NCBI GenBank assembly: GCA_027315165.1
Contig: DAHUYN010000003.1
Coordinates: 95,846-159,845 of the forward strand
Direction: 5' to 3'
Source of the DNA: Thermoplasmata archaeon
GTDB lineage: Archaea; Thermoplasmatota; Thermoplasmata; Lutacidiplasmatales; UBA184
DNA length: 64,000 nt
Part shown: positions 19,110 to 28,522 of the stretch, one piece after another
Layout: the number at the start of each line of letters is the position of its first letter
How positions within the stretch are numbered: the first letter of the stretch is position 1
The notes under the pieces: model-generated
Told to the model about the DNA's origin: nothing
The model's input: the letters and a program-made list of their open reading frames with translations, nothing else
Databases searched by the model: none
Position numbers and translations under genes: made by a program

Positions 19110-19967
19110 ATGGAAGGCTACGCACATCCGGAGGTCCTCGTCGATACCGAGTGGGTCGCCCAGCGGCTCACCGACCCGAAGGTCCGCCTCGCCGAGGTCG
19201 ACTACGACCCCGTCGCGAACTACCGGCTGAGCCACATCCCCGGCTCGGTCCTGTTCGACTGGCGCGCCGACTTCAACGACCCCGTCGCGCGGGACCTGCC
19301 GAGCCGTGAGGCGATCACGGCGCTCTTGAGGCGCGCGGGCGTCTCGCCCGAGACGACCCTCGTCCTCTACGGCGACTTCAACAACTGGTTCGCGGCGTTC
19401 GCCTTCTGGGTGCTCGACGCCTACGGCGTCCCCAACGTCCGTCTGATGAACGGCGGCCGGAAGAAGTGGATCGCGGAGGACCGCCCGCTCTCCAAGGAGG
19501 TGCCGTCGCCCGCGCCGGGGCGTGCGTCGGCCCTTCCGAGGAACGAGCGGCTCCGGGCCTACCTCGGCGATGTGCGCGCCTCCCTCGCGCTCGTGCGCGA
19601 CGGGAAGATGGGCCTCGTGGACGTGCGGAGCCCCAAGGAGTTCTCGGGCGAAGTGACGGCGCCGCCGGAGTACCCGACGGAGCACGCCCAGCGCGGCGGG
19701 CACATCCCCGGCGCGGCGAACATCCCCTGGGGGCTCGCCGTCGCCGAGGACGGGACCTTCAAGCCCCGCGCCGAGCTCGAGCGGCTCTACCGCGAGCGCG
19801 GGATCGTCCCCGAGCGACCCGTGATCACCTACTGCCGCATCGGCGAGCGCTCGAGCCACACCTGGTTCGTGCTGCGCTACCTGCTCGGCTACGAGGACGT
19901 CCGCAACTACGACGGCTCGTGGACGGAGTGGGGGAACCTGGTGGGGACCCCCATCGAGAAGCCGTAG
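19110..19967 (+). CDS. Thiosulfate sulfurtransferase (tandem-domain rhodanese, SseA/CysA-type)
   Basis: YAHPEVLVDTEW, GHIPGA, active-site YCRIGER and YDGSWTEWG. Confidence 0.96.
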   Translation: MEGYAHPEVLVDTEWVAQRLTDPKVRLAEVDYDPVANYRLSHIPGSVLFDWRADFNDPVARDLPSREAITALLRRAGVSPETTLVLYGDFNNWFAAFAFWVLDAYGVPNVRLMNGGRKKWIAEDRPLSKEVPSPAPGRASALPRNERLRAYLGDVRASLALVRDGKMGLVDVRSPKEFSGEVTAPPEYPTEHAQRGGHIPGAANIPWGLAVAEDGTFKPRAELERLYRERGIVPERPVITYCRIGERSSHTWFVLRYLLGYEDVRNYDGSWTEWGNLVGTPIEKP

Positions 19968-19972
19968 CGGCG

Positions 19973-20671
19973 CTATCGCCGAGGCCGGAGCCGGGGCCTC
20001 GGGTCCGCCTCGCGCCGGAGGAGGAAGCGGTGGAGCGACCCCTCGCGGTCGTGGCCGAGGATCGTGTGCCCCGTGCGGTCGCTCCACCGGACGAGCTCGA
20101 TCGGGCTCGTCGGGTCGTCGGTGACGAGGAGGAGCACCTCCGTCGGCGAGATCTGGGCCAGCGCCTCGTCGACGCGGGCGAGCACCGCGGCGCACTCCGC
20201 CCCGACCTCGTAGAGCTCGGCGTCGGGGAACGCGGCGTAGCAGCGGATCCGGAGCTCGCGGATCCGCGCGGCGAGGGCCTCACGGACCTCCTCGGCCTCC
20301 CGCGTCCACCGCGGGACCTCCTCGATGTCGACGACGCGGACGCGCGCGACCCAGCCCGTGCCGTACGGGTCGTCGTTGAGCCGCTTCGGGTGCAGCGGGA
20401 GCGCGAGGTTCCGCTCGCGCACCTCGGCCTCGACCGGCAGGCGGACGGCGCCGGTGTAGCGGACCGACTCGACCGTGGCGACGCTCCGTCCTCGGGCGAG
20501 GGGCCCCGAGACCGGGCGGTAGGTGAGGGCCGTGATCCGTCCCGCGAAGGCGCTGAGGCTCTTGAGGAGCCCGAGCTCGTAGAGCCCGGTGTCGGGGTCG
20601 GCCTTGAGCCAGACGTCGTGCTCGAGGTCGTAGCGCCGGTCCTCGGGGAGCGGACACCCCTCGACGTCCAT
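19973..20671 (-). CDS. GcvH/LbpA-like domain fused to a C-terminal TusA/SirA sulfur-carrier domain
   Basis: GC.LPED..Y...DVW, ATVESVR, N..L...P..LNDDPYG.GW (H-protein fold), then GAEC..LLLVTDDP.S.IELVRW..RTGH (TusA fold). ATG at 20671. Confidence 0.85.
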   Translation of the reverse strand: MDVEGCPLPEDRRYDLEHDVWLKADPDTGLYELGLLKSLSAFAGRITALTYRPVSGPLARGRSVATVESVRYTGAVRLPVEAEVRERNLALPLHPKRLNDDPYGTGWVARVRVVDIEEVPRWTREAEEVREALAARIRELRIRCYAAFPDAELYEVGAECAAVLARVDEALAQISPTEVLLLVTDDPTSPIELVRWSDRTGHTILGHDREGSLHRFLLRREADPRPRLRPRR

Positions 20672-20766
20672 CGGTCCCTCGGAGCGCCCGTCGGATTTAC
20701 CCGTTGGCCGCGCCGAGACCCTCGGGCCGCCGCCAACTATTAGCCCCCGGGACCTTGCCGGCGCCG

Positions 20767-20955
20767 ATGACCTCAAGGGCGGAGCGGGCGCCGACCCTCG
20801 AGCCCGCGCGCAACCGGTGCCGGTGCGGCCACTTCCCCTCGAGCCACCTGCGCGTCGTCGCCTCGCCGAGCGGCGGCGGCTTCCAGCTCGACCCCGTCGG
20901 GCCGTGCACGATCTGTCGCGAGAGCGCCTGCCCTCGCTTCACCCCCGGCGTCTGA
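20767..20955 (+). CDS. Small Cys/His-rich putative zinc-finger protein (62 aa)
   Basis: CRCGHxxxxH...CxxCxxxxCxxF. TATTAG about 25 nt upstream of ATG 20767. Confidence 0.6.
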   Translation: MTSRAERAPTLEPARNRCRCGHFPSSHLRVVASPSGGGFQLDPVGPCTICRESACPRFTPGV

Positions 20956-21000
20956 GCCGGCGCCGTAAACCTACTTGAGGGGTCCCCGCCTCGTGGGCCC

Positions 21001-22626
21001 GTGCCGGTCGCGAGGCGACTCGTCGTCGGGCTGCTCGTCGCGGCCCTCCTCGCCGTGCCGTGGGCCGGGCTGGCGCAAAAGAGCCCCGGCGCGTCATCTA
21101 AGAGCCTCGACGAGCCGTTGGGCGCGACCACGACGCGGCCCGCGGCGGGGCCGCACCCCGCCCACCCCGTCGACCCCCGCGTCTCCTCGGGGATCGGTCG
21201 GCTGTTCGTGACCACGCCCGACCCGCTCATCGTCCCGAACGACGGCCTGCGGACGAACCTCACCGCCTTCGCGCCCCAGGCGTTCGCCCCGTTCACCTCC
21301 TACCAGGAGGGCGCCGAGGAGACGATCGGCGGCTACGACGCGGTGTTCGGCCTCTTCGAGAACGCCCAGACGGCGCCCGTCCCGTTCTTCTCCGTCTTCT
21401 CGAACACGACCGACGTGACGGTCCACCTCGCCTACTGGACGGCCGAGACGCTGCTCACGGGGGCGAGCTACGATTTCGAGCTCGGCCGGTCGAACGGGAC
21501 GAACTGGACCCTCACCGTCAACGGCGCGCTGTTCGGCGGGAACGGCACCGAGGCGGAGTACGACTTCGGCGCCGTCACCTCGACGTGGGCGGGGGGCGTC
21601 AGCTTCAGCGAGATCGCGCTCTACACGAACGTGACGACGGCCCCGCCGACCGCCCCGGCGTCGCTCGCGCTCGCGGTCCACACGGCCACGGGCTGGTACC
21701 TCCCGACGCAGGGGCTCGCGACGTTCTCGGGCCCCTCGCCCTGGGGGATCGAGGGCCGAGCGCAGCACCCGACGCTCGCGCCGGGCGCTCTCGTGAGCGG
21801 CACCTCGCTCGCCGCCGTCGTCAACGGCACCGTCCTCTGGAGCGGCGGACCCGTCGGCGTCGGGGTCGTCCTCGTGACCCCGCCCTCCGCGGTCGGCCTC
21901 ACGACGGTCCCGGTGACGGCCCGTGTCACCGACACGAACGGGGCGCCCCTCCCCGGCGTCGCCGTCACCCTCTACGACGTCGGCGGCAACTTCACGCCGG
22001 GCTCGTCGCTCACGAACGCCTCGGGGGGCGTCTACTACGCCTGGTCGACCCCGAACGCGACGGCCAACGTCTCCGACCCCGTCACGGCGCTCGTGACGAC
22101 GTTCGGCTACCGCGGCCTCACGACCGTCGCGGTCGACGTCTCGCCCCCGCTCCACGTCGTCTTCGCCTTCGCGGGGAGCTCGGCCGTCCCGCCCGGCGGC
22201 TCGGCGTCGGTGACCGTCGGGGCGACCGACCCGAGCGGCCACGCCGTCGGGGGCGTCTACCTCTCCTTCTCGGCGACCGGCGGGCTCGTGGCCCCGACCG
22301 GTGGGGAGACCGACGCCTCGGGTCATGTGACGGTCGGGCTGTCGACCGTCGCGAGGACGGGGCTCGTCGTCCTCGTCGTCACCGCGGTCGGCAGCGGCGT
22401 CTGGGGGTCGGCAAGCCTCACGCTCCCCGTCCGGGCTCCCGCCTCGGACCCCTGGCCGACCTACGCGCTCGTCGCCGGCGTCGTCGCCGCCGCGGCCCTC
22501 GTCGCCGGGGTCCTCTGGCGACGGCCGCGACGGCGCCGGCCCACCGCCGAGGAGCTCTGGGGCCCGTCGCTGCGACCCGAGCGCGGGCCCGTCAGCCGTA
22601 CGCCGCCCGGATCAGGTGGTCCTTGA
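21001..22626 (+). CDS. Secreted, C-terminally anchored protein with Ig-like (Big-1 type) domains
   Basis: Signal peptide; V.ARVTD.NG.PLPGV.V and GETDASG.V Ig-like motifs; C-terminal TM followed by a basic tail. Confidence 0.7.
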   Translation: MPVARRLVVGLLVAALLAVPWAGLAQKSPGASSKSLDEPLGATTTRPAAGPHPAHPVDPRVSSGIGRLFVTTPDPLIVPNDGLRTNLTAFAPQAFAPFTSYQEGAEETIGGYDAVFGLFENAQTAPVPFFSVFSNTTDVTVHLAYWTAETLLTGASYDFELGRSNGTNWTLTVNGALFGGNGTEAEYDFGAVTSTWAGGVSFSEIALYTNVTTAPPTAPASLALAVHTATGWYLPTQGLATFSGPSPWGIEGRAQHPTLAPGALVSGTSLAAVVNGTVLWSGGPVGVGVVLVTPPSAVGLTTVPVTARVTDTNGAPLPGVAVTLYDVGGNFTPGSSLTNASGGVYYAWSTPNATANVSDPVTALVTTFGYRGLTTVAVDVSPPLHVVFAFAGSSAVPPGGSASVTVGATDPSGHAVGGVYLSFSATGGLVAPTGGETDASGHVTVGLSTVARTGLVVLVVTAVGSGVWGSASLTLPVRAPASDPWPTYALVAGVVAAAALVAGVLWRRPRRRRPTAEELWGPSLRPERGPVSRTPPGSGGP

Positions 22627-23047
22627 ACCGGCGCAGGCGCTCGTCCCAGAAATGGAAGTGCCAGGACCGGGCCTCCTCCCACGCGTCGCCGCTCCTCCAG
22701 CCGAGGTGCTCGAGCGTGACGTCGATCCCCTCGGGGGACTCCTGGAGCCGGACGTAGACCTCGGTGGGCGGCTCGGCGGTGTTGAGGAGCTCGGCGAACT
22801 CGGCGGGGCCCTGCCAGCTGAAGCCGAGGTCGACGTCGGGGGTCAGCCTCGTCACGTGCCCGCGGCTCGAGAACTTCGGCTCATCACCGAAGTCGAGCTC
22901 GAAGCGTCCGCCCACGCGCAGCTCGACGCGCGCGGCGGTCGCGAGCCACTGCGCGAGCTGCAGAGGGTCGGCCCATGCCGCGTAGATCATCGGGATCGGG
23001 AGGGGGACGGTCACCTGGATCAGGATCGGGTCCAGCTCGTCGGCCAT
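22592..23047 (-). CDS. SRPBCC (AHSA1-like) domain protein
   Basis: IYAAWADP..LAQW, ELRVGGRF, FSW and VTLEH.GW motifs. ATG at 23047. Confidence 0.85.
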   Translation of the reverse strand: MADELDPILIQVTVPLPIPMIYAAWADPLQLAQWLATAARVELRVGGRFELDFGDEPKFSSRGHVTRLTPDVDLGFSWQGPAEFAELLNTAEPPTEVYVRLQESPEGIDVTLEHLGWRSGDAWEEARSWHFHFWDERLRRFKDHLIRAAYG

Positions 23048-23158
23048 GACCGCTCCGCGTGTGGGCGCGTCCGCTAAAGGGTTTGCGCTGGCGCGAGGGC
23101 GGCGCGCCGAACGCTTAGATAGCGGCCCCCCTACCGGGCGCCGCCGAGGAGGACGGCC

Positions 23159-23977
23159 GTGGCCGCGACGAACGAGTCCGAGGAGAACCTTCGGCCCTTC
23201 TGGGCCGACGCGGAGCTCCCGCGAGAGCGCTGGCTCTACTACGCCTTCCAGGCGCGCCGCTACGGCGCGATCGTCGACGCGCTGGCCCCGCTCGGGCCCT
23301 GGCCCTCGCGACGGGTCCTCGACCTCGGCGGCGGAGTGGGGAGCCTCGCCGTGCTCCTCAAGGCCCGCCTGGGAGGCCGGTACGACCTCGCCGATTTCTC
23401 CGCGCCGAGCGCCGCCCACGCGGCCGCGCTTCGACGGGCGGGCGTCGAGTCGAGCTATTCGGTCGACCTGCGGAGCCGCCCGGCCCTTTCGAGCGTGCCG
23501 GGCGGCTACGACGCGATCCTCTTGGTCGAGGTCCTCGAGCACCTCTTGGTGAACCCGCTCACCCTGTTCCGCGAGGTGTGGGAGCATCTCGCCCCGGGGG
23601 GGCTCCTGTTCGTGACGACCCCGAACCAGGCCCGCCTTCGCAACCGGCTCCGTCTTCTCGCGGGCCGGTCGATCAAGGAGCCGGGCCGGTACCCGTGGGT
23701 CGACAAGGGTGTCTACGGGCACGTGATCGAGTTCACGCTCGACGAGCTCGACCGGCTCGCGGCGGCGGAGAGCTTCACGCGCGTGTGGGGGTCCGTCGTC
23801 CAGCAGGTCCCGAGCGTCGCCCCGACCCGCTGGCAGCGGGCCGGTCGGAGGCTCCTCAACGCCAGGGCCGTTCGGGGGCTGCGGCTCGGCGACGATCTGC
23901 TCGCCGCGTACCGGAAGGTCGACCGGCCCGCGGACGGCTCCTGCCCCGTGCCCCTCGACCCCGCCGGGCGTCTGTAG
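23159..23977 (+). CDS. Class I SAM-dependent methyltransferase
   Basis: VLDLGGGVG, YDAILLVEVLEHL, L.PGGLLFVTTPN and HVIEFT motifs. Confidence 0.9.
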   Translation: MAATNESEENLRPFWADAELPRERWLYYAFQARRYGAIVDALAPLGPWPSRRVLDLGGGVGSLAVLLKARLGGRYDLADFSAPSAAHAAALRRAGVESSYSVDLRSRPALSSVPGGYDAILLVEVLEHLLVNPLTLFREVWEHLAPGGLLFVTTPNQARLRNRLRLLAGRSIKEPGRYPWVDKGVYGHVIEFTLDELDRLAAAESFTRVWGSVVQQVPSVAPTRWQRAGRRLLNARAVRGLRLGDDLLAAYRKVDRPADGSCPVPLDPAGRL

Positions 23978-24083
23978 CGCCGCTCTGCGGACCCGGCGTC
24001 GCGGGCCCTCGGGGCCCCGCCGAGCCCCACGCCAGGTCGGGGGACGCAACCTCTAAGAAGTGGGGAGGCGGTCGCGGGCCACC

Positions 24084-27000
24084 ATGGCCGAACGCAGTAT
24101 GGCAGTCTGGACCCTCAGCCTCGTCGTCGTCGCGCTCCTCCTCCTTCCCGCCGGGGCCCTCGTGGCCCAGGCCCCCCACGCCGTCCCGAGCGCGTCGGTC
24201 CACCCGGCGGCCTCGACGGTGCGGAGCCCGACCCTCTCGGCCGCGCCGGCGAGCACGGGCCTCGCCGCGACCCAGGCCCGGATCGTCCAGTCGATCCAGG
24301 CGGCCCACGTGCCGTCGCGGGACGTCTTCTATCCCAACTTCAACGCGCAGGAGGTCCGTCACGGCAACGTCATCTCGCCGACCTACGCGCATGCGCCGGC
24401 CCCGATCGGCATCGCCGACATGGGGATCACGAACACGACCGGGACCGCCGTCGGGAGCGTCCTCACGACCCCGAGCTTCGAGGGCTCGGTCACGTTCAAC
24501 AACCTGTCGGCGTTCTACATGGACGACGACTCGACCGACTACGTCGGCGCCCAGCTCAACACCGTCGTCGCGAACGTCACGCTGCTCGGCAACTCCTCCA
24601 ACTCGTTCTGGACGCAGAACGTCTTCGAGTACTCCGCGCGCTCGAACTTCCTCCAGTTCATCGACAACATCTGGAACTTCTCGAGCCCGGCGTTCTACAT
24701 GAGCCCGAACGTCTTCAACGCCACGAGCCCCAACGGCACCCTCGTGGCGCCGTCGTTCTACTACGGCATCGGTCCGGTGATCAACATCACGATGCCGTTC
24801 ACCGTGAACGTCTTCACGAACGTCTCGGTGACGACCGTCTCGGGCCTTCCCTACGACATCGTCTACTTCAACTACAGTCTCTACAAGTTCGGGGCCTGGG
24901 TCCAGGGCGGCGCCTACGACTGGGCGATCTTCAACTCGCAGGCCCCGACGAGCCCGACGCCGACGATCGCGACGCCCCTCTACCAGGTCAACGGCGTGGA
25001 CCTGAGCCCGACCGGCTACCTCCCCTACGACGCCGAGCTCGTCTTCTGCGGCCCCGGCGGCGGCAGCACGACGAACCTCCTCAACCTCAACGCGACGCTC
25101 GACCTGTGGTACTGGAACACGAGCGCGGGTAGCTACCAGACCGTTCCGTCGGCCGTGGCCTACGGGACGAACACGGGGGAGACCGCGGACGGGATCGCCG
25201 AGTGGTACGATGCCACCCACACCGTGCACGCCGGTCCCGGCCCGACCCTGCCGTACCTGTTCTGGAACTCGAGCCCGACCGCGAGCGCAGGGGCCTTGAC
25301 GATCAAGGGGCCCGTGACGCCGACGAACGCGTTCGTCTTCGTGAACCAGTCGGTCAACTACAACGAGAGCTGGGCGGCCTCGGCCCCGGTGCCCCTCTCG
25401 GGCGGGATCTCCTACCGCGTGCCCGTCGGCGACTACGCGGTCGAGGTCGAGCTGTCGAACTACGACCCGATGAACTTCACCGTCCTCGCGTCGACGCCGT
25501 CGACCTGGAGCCTGAACGCGAACCTCGTCTCGGACCCCGCGCGCGGCGTCTACACGCCGCTCTACGCCTTCAGCAACGCGCAGCTCGCCGCGATCTCGAC
25601 CTCCGGCACGGGGAGCTCCTCGAGCCCCTACACGATCGCGAACAACCAGGTGGGCTCGCTCGACCCGATCTTCGCCCGGATGAACGACTTCACCTTCCCG
25701 ACGTTCTCGGGGCTGCTGCTCGCGCACACGACCGCCTACGTCGACGTCGCGAACCCGGCGTCGTTCGAGGTCACCTTCAGCGGCCGGGTCCTGGGCCAGG
25801 CGAACGCCCTCGGGCTCCCCACGTCGAACAACCTCCAGATCCAGCTGTACGGCACGAGCCACGTCTCCCTGTGGAACGCCTCCGGGATCACCGGCTGGTT
25901 CAGCGGGGCTTACCTTACGGGCTTCCCGATCGCGCCCGTGATGGTGTGGAACTCGACGAACACGCTCGTCGGCAGCAACACGTTCTGGGACGAGGGGATG
26001 AGCCTCCTGCTCTACGGCGGCACCGCCAACACCGTCTGGGGCAACCGGTTCCTCCCGAGCCCCAACCTGGCCGACCCGGCGTTCGTCGGCGCGGTGATGT
26101 ACGGGGCCTATCCGTTCGGACCGTGGGTCTTCGAGAACGGCGACCTGATCTACAACAACGCCTTCGAGACGCAGGTCCCCGTCTACTCGCCGGCCTCGAC
26201 GATCTACACGGAGACCTACACGCAGGTCTTCTCGGGCTTCTGGAGCAACGCCTGGAACGTCTCGTGGGCGCCCGCGAGCGCCTGGAGCCTCGTCAACGGC
26301 TTCAACCTCACGGGGAGCATCACGGGCGGTAGCTACCAGGGCGGCAACTTCTGGTGGAACTACGGTCTCTACGGCTTCTACCTGCCCTACGACGGCGGCG
26401 GGCTGATCGCCTACGGCGGCGACTGGCTGCCGCTCGGCGGCGACTCGCTCGCGATCAGCGAGACCGGGCTGCCGGCGAACTCGGCGTGGTCGGTGACCGT
26501 CAACCAGCTCTCGATCGGCATCGTCGGCGCGACGAGCTCGATCCAGCTCCTCGACGGGACCTACGACTACGCCGTGAGCTCGGTCCCGGGCTACACCGCG
26601 ACCCCGGCCTCGGGCGCCGTCACGCTCTTCCAGGGCCCCGGAGCGATCGTCGTCACGTTCGCGCCGGTGGTCACGTTGTACAACGTCACGCTCGTCGAGG
26701 CCGGGCTCCCCTCGGGAACCTCCTGGACCGCCTCGCTCAACGGCGCGACGGCGAGCTCGACGACGAGCACGCTCAACTGGTCGGAGCCGAACGGGAGCTA
26801 CACGTGGGCGGTGACGCCGATCGCCGGCCTCGAGCTCGCCCATCCGGGCGGCACGGTCAGCGTCGCGGGCGCCGCCGCCAGCGTCGCCGTGCTCTTCACG
26901 ACGCCCGCGGCCCAGAGCTACTCGGTCGCGTTCGTCGCGCTCGGCCTCCCCTCGGGCACGACGTGGAGCGTCACGCTCGCCGGGACGACCGTCTCCTCGG

Positions 27001-27551
27001 CGCTCGGGCAGATCTCCTTCACGGAGCCGAACGGCAGCTACAGCTACACGATCGGGACCGTCACCGGCTACCGCGCGACCCCGTCGTCGGGCAGCCAGTC
27101 CGTCTCGGGGACGGCGTCGTTCGTCGACGTTACCTTCTCGCCGAACCTGGTGACGCTCTCGGGCACGGTCACGCCCTCGGGCGCGACCGTGTCGATCGAC
27201 GGGGCCGCGGTCTCCGTCACGGGCGGCGCGTTCTCGCTCCAGGTGGCGCCCGGCGTGCACGAGGTCCGCGCGACGTCGAGCGGCTACTACGACTACATCA
27301 ACAACGTCACGGTGAACGTCGGCCAGAACCTGAGCGTCGTCGTCGCGATGAACGCGATCTCCGGCGCGACGACGTCGGGCACGAGCCTGAGCGGCGCGAA
27401 CCTCGCACTGCTCGCCGGGCTCGCGGTGCTCGCGGTGATCTTCCTGATCGGGATGGTCTACTTCTGGTCCCGTGCCCGCCGCGCGCCGGTCGTGATGAAG
27501 CCGGAGCCCGAGGGCCCCTCGACCAAGGGCCCCGGGACCGGCGGCACGTAG
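24084..27551 (+). CDS. Thermopsin-family (peptidase A5) multidomain surface protease with beta-helix region, GLPSGT repeats, PEGA-like domain and C-terminal TM anchor
   Basis: PAPIGIAD.G, QLN, FWTQNV, IDNIWNFSS and DAELVFCGPGGG; GGNFW; three xGLP(S/A)xxxW.V repeats, two with SEPNG/TEPNG; C-terminal TM. Confidence 0.9.
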   Translation: MAERSMAVWTLSLVVVALLLLPAGALVAQAPHAVPSASVHPAASTVRSPTLSAAPASTGLAATQARIVQSIQAAHVPSRDVFYPNFNAQEVRHGNVISPTYAHAPAPIGIADMGITNTTGTAVGSVLTTPSFEGSVTFNNLSAFYMDDDSTDYVGAQLNTVVANVTLLGNSSNSFWTQNVFEYSARSNFLQFIDNIWNFSSPAFYMSPNVFNATSPNGTLVAPSFYYGIGPVINITMPFTVNVFTNVSVTTVSGLPYDIVYFNYSLYKFGAWVQGGAYDWAIFNSQAPTSPTPTIATPLYQVNGVDLSPTGYLPYDAELVFCGPGGGSTTNLLNLNATLDLWYWNTSAGSYQTVPSAVAYGTNTGETADGIAEWYDATHTVHAGPGPTLPYLFWNSSPTASAGALTIKGPVTPTNAFVFVNQSVNYNESWAASAPVPLSGGISYRVPVGDYAVEVELSNYDPMNFTVLASTPSTWSLNANLVSDPARGVYTPLYAFSNAQLAAISTSGTGSSSSPYTIANNQVGSLDPIFARMNDFTFPTFSGLLLAHTTAYVDVANPASFEVTFSGRVLGQANALGLPTSNNLQIQLYGTSHVSLWNASGITGWFSGAYLTGFPIAPVMVWNSTNTLVGSNTFWDEGMSLLLYGGTANTVWGNRFLPSPNLADPAFVGAVMYGAYPFGPWVFENGDLIYNNAFETQVPVYSPASTIYTETYTQVFSGFWSNAWNVSWAPASAWSLVNGFNLTGSITGGSYQGGNFWWNYGLYGFYLPYDGGGLIAYGGDWLPLGGDSLAISETGLPANSAWSVTVNQLSIGIVGATSSIQLLDGTYDYAVSSVPGYTATPASGAVTLFQGPGAIVVTFAPVVTLYNVTLVEAGLPSGTSWTASLNGATASSTTSTLNWSEPNGSYTWAVTPIAGLELAHPGGTVSVAGAAASVAVLFTTPAAQSYSVAFVALGLPSGTTWSVTLAGTTVSSALGQISFTEPNGSYSYTIGTVTGYRATPSSGSQSVSGTASFVDVTFSPNLVTLSGTVTPSGATVSIDGAAVSVTGGAFSLQVAPGVHEVRATSSGYYDYINNVTVNVGQNLSVVVAMNAISGATTSGTSLSGANLALLAGLAVLAVIFLIGMVYFWSRARRAPVVMKPEPEGPSTKGPGTGGT

Positions 27552-27658
27552 TCGCGGTCGTAGGCCCTCGCCCAACCCCTTCCCCACGCCCGCGGGAGGC
27601 TTCGGGCCCGCCGTCGCCAAGCTCAAGTCCCGCCCGGCCCCGAGGTCGAACCACGGCG

Positions 27659-28522
27659 ATGCCGACGAGACGGCCACGACGGCGCGCGGCCCCGGGTCGC
27701 CCGCCCGTCGCACGAACGCGCGACTATCGCCGTCGAAACCGGCGCATCTGGGAACGGACGAGCGACGCCTACGACCTCCGGCACCGGGCGGCTCTCGAGC
27801 GGAGCGCCGGCCGCGCCTGGGGCCTCTGGCGGATCCCCGAGTCGCGCCTCGGGCTCCTCGGTCCGGTGCGGGGGCGCCGCGTCCTCGAGCTCGGGTGCGG
27901 CGCCGCCCGCTGGTCTCGAGGCCTCGCGGCTCTCGGGGCCCGGCCGGTCGGGATCGACCTCGCCAGGGCCCAGCTGGCGAAGGCGCGCCGGCTCGTCGGC
28001 GCCGGAGTCCCGCGCGTCGCCCTCGCTCGAGGGTCGGCCGAGTCGCTCCCGTTCCGCGCGGGGGTCTTCGACCTCGTGCTCTCCGACTGGGGCGCGCTGA
28101 CGTTCGCGGACCCCGACCGAGCGATCCCCGAGGTCGCCCGCGTCCTCGTCCCCGGCGGCCGGCTCGTCTTCGCCACTTCGAGTCCGTTCCGCTTCGTCGC
28201 CTTCGACCGTGCGCGAGACCGCGAGGGCCGCACACTCCGGCGGCCGTACTTCGGCCGCGGCACGGTCGTCTTCGGTGGGCTCACCGAGTTCACGCGGACC
28301 TACGGCGAGTGGGTCGCGCTGTTCCGGCGCCACGGGCTCGCCGTCGAGGGGCTTGTCGAAACGACCCCGCCGGCCGGCCCTCCCAGCAGCTATCTCGCCC
28401 GCGAGGACGAGGCGTGGGCGCGACGGTGGCCGGCCGAGTGCCTCTGGTCGCTGCGGCGGGAGCCGCAGGCCCGGTCGAGCGCTAGAACGGCGCCCCGCAG
28501 TGCTCGCACTTCGTCGCGCTGA
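27659..28522 (+). CDS. Class I SAM-dependent methyltransferase
   Basis: WG.W.IPES.L.LLG, VLELGCGAARWS, AESLPF...FDLV and RVL.PGGRLVF. Start codon uncertain. Confidence 0.88.
   Translation: MPTRRPRRRAAPGRPPVARTRDYRRRNRRIWERTSDAYDLRHRAALERSAGRAWGLWRIPESRLGLLGPVRGRRVLELGCGAARWSRGLAALGARPVGIDLARAQLAKARRLVGAGVPRVALARGSAESLPFRAGVFDLVLSDWGALTFADPDRAIPEVARVLVPGGRLVFATSSPFRFVAFDRARDREGRTLRRPYFGRGTVVFGGLTEFTRTYGEWVALFRRHGLAVEGLVETTPPAGPPSSYLAREDEAWARRWPAECLWSLRREPQARSSARTAPRSARTSSR

Noticed and set aside
19973..20671. Annotation as glycine cleavage system H protein (gcvH)
   Set aside because: The lipoyl Lys is absent, there is an extra TusA domain, and no gcvT or gcvP is nearby.
23856..28235. Very long antisense or alternate-frame ORFs (1459 aa here; also 10509-14225, 11002-13518, 30489-33095, 47754-50393 and others)
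   Set aside because: These are Arg/Gly/Pro-rich shadow frames caused by high GC and codon bias. They overlap well-supported genes; only the short real portions were kept.
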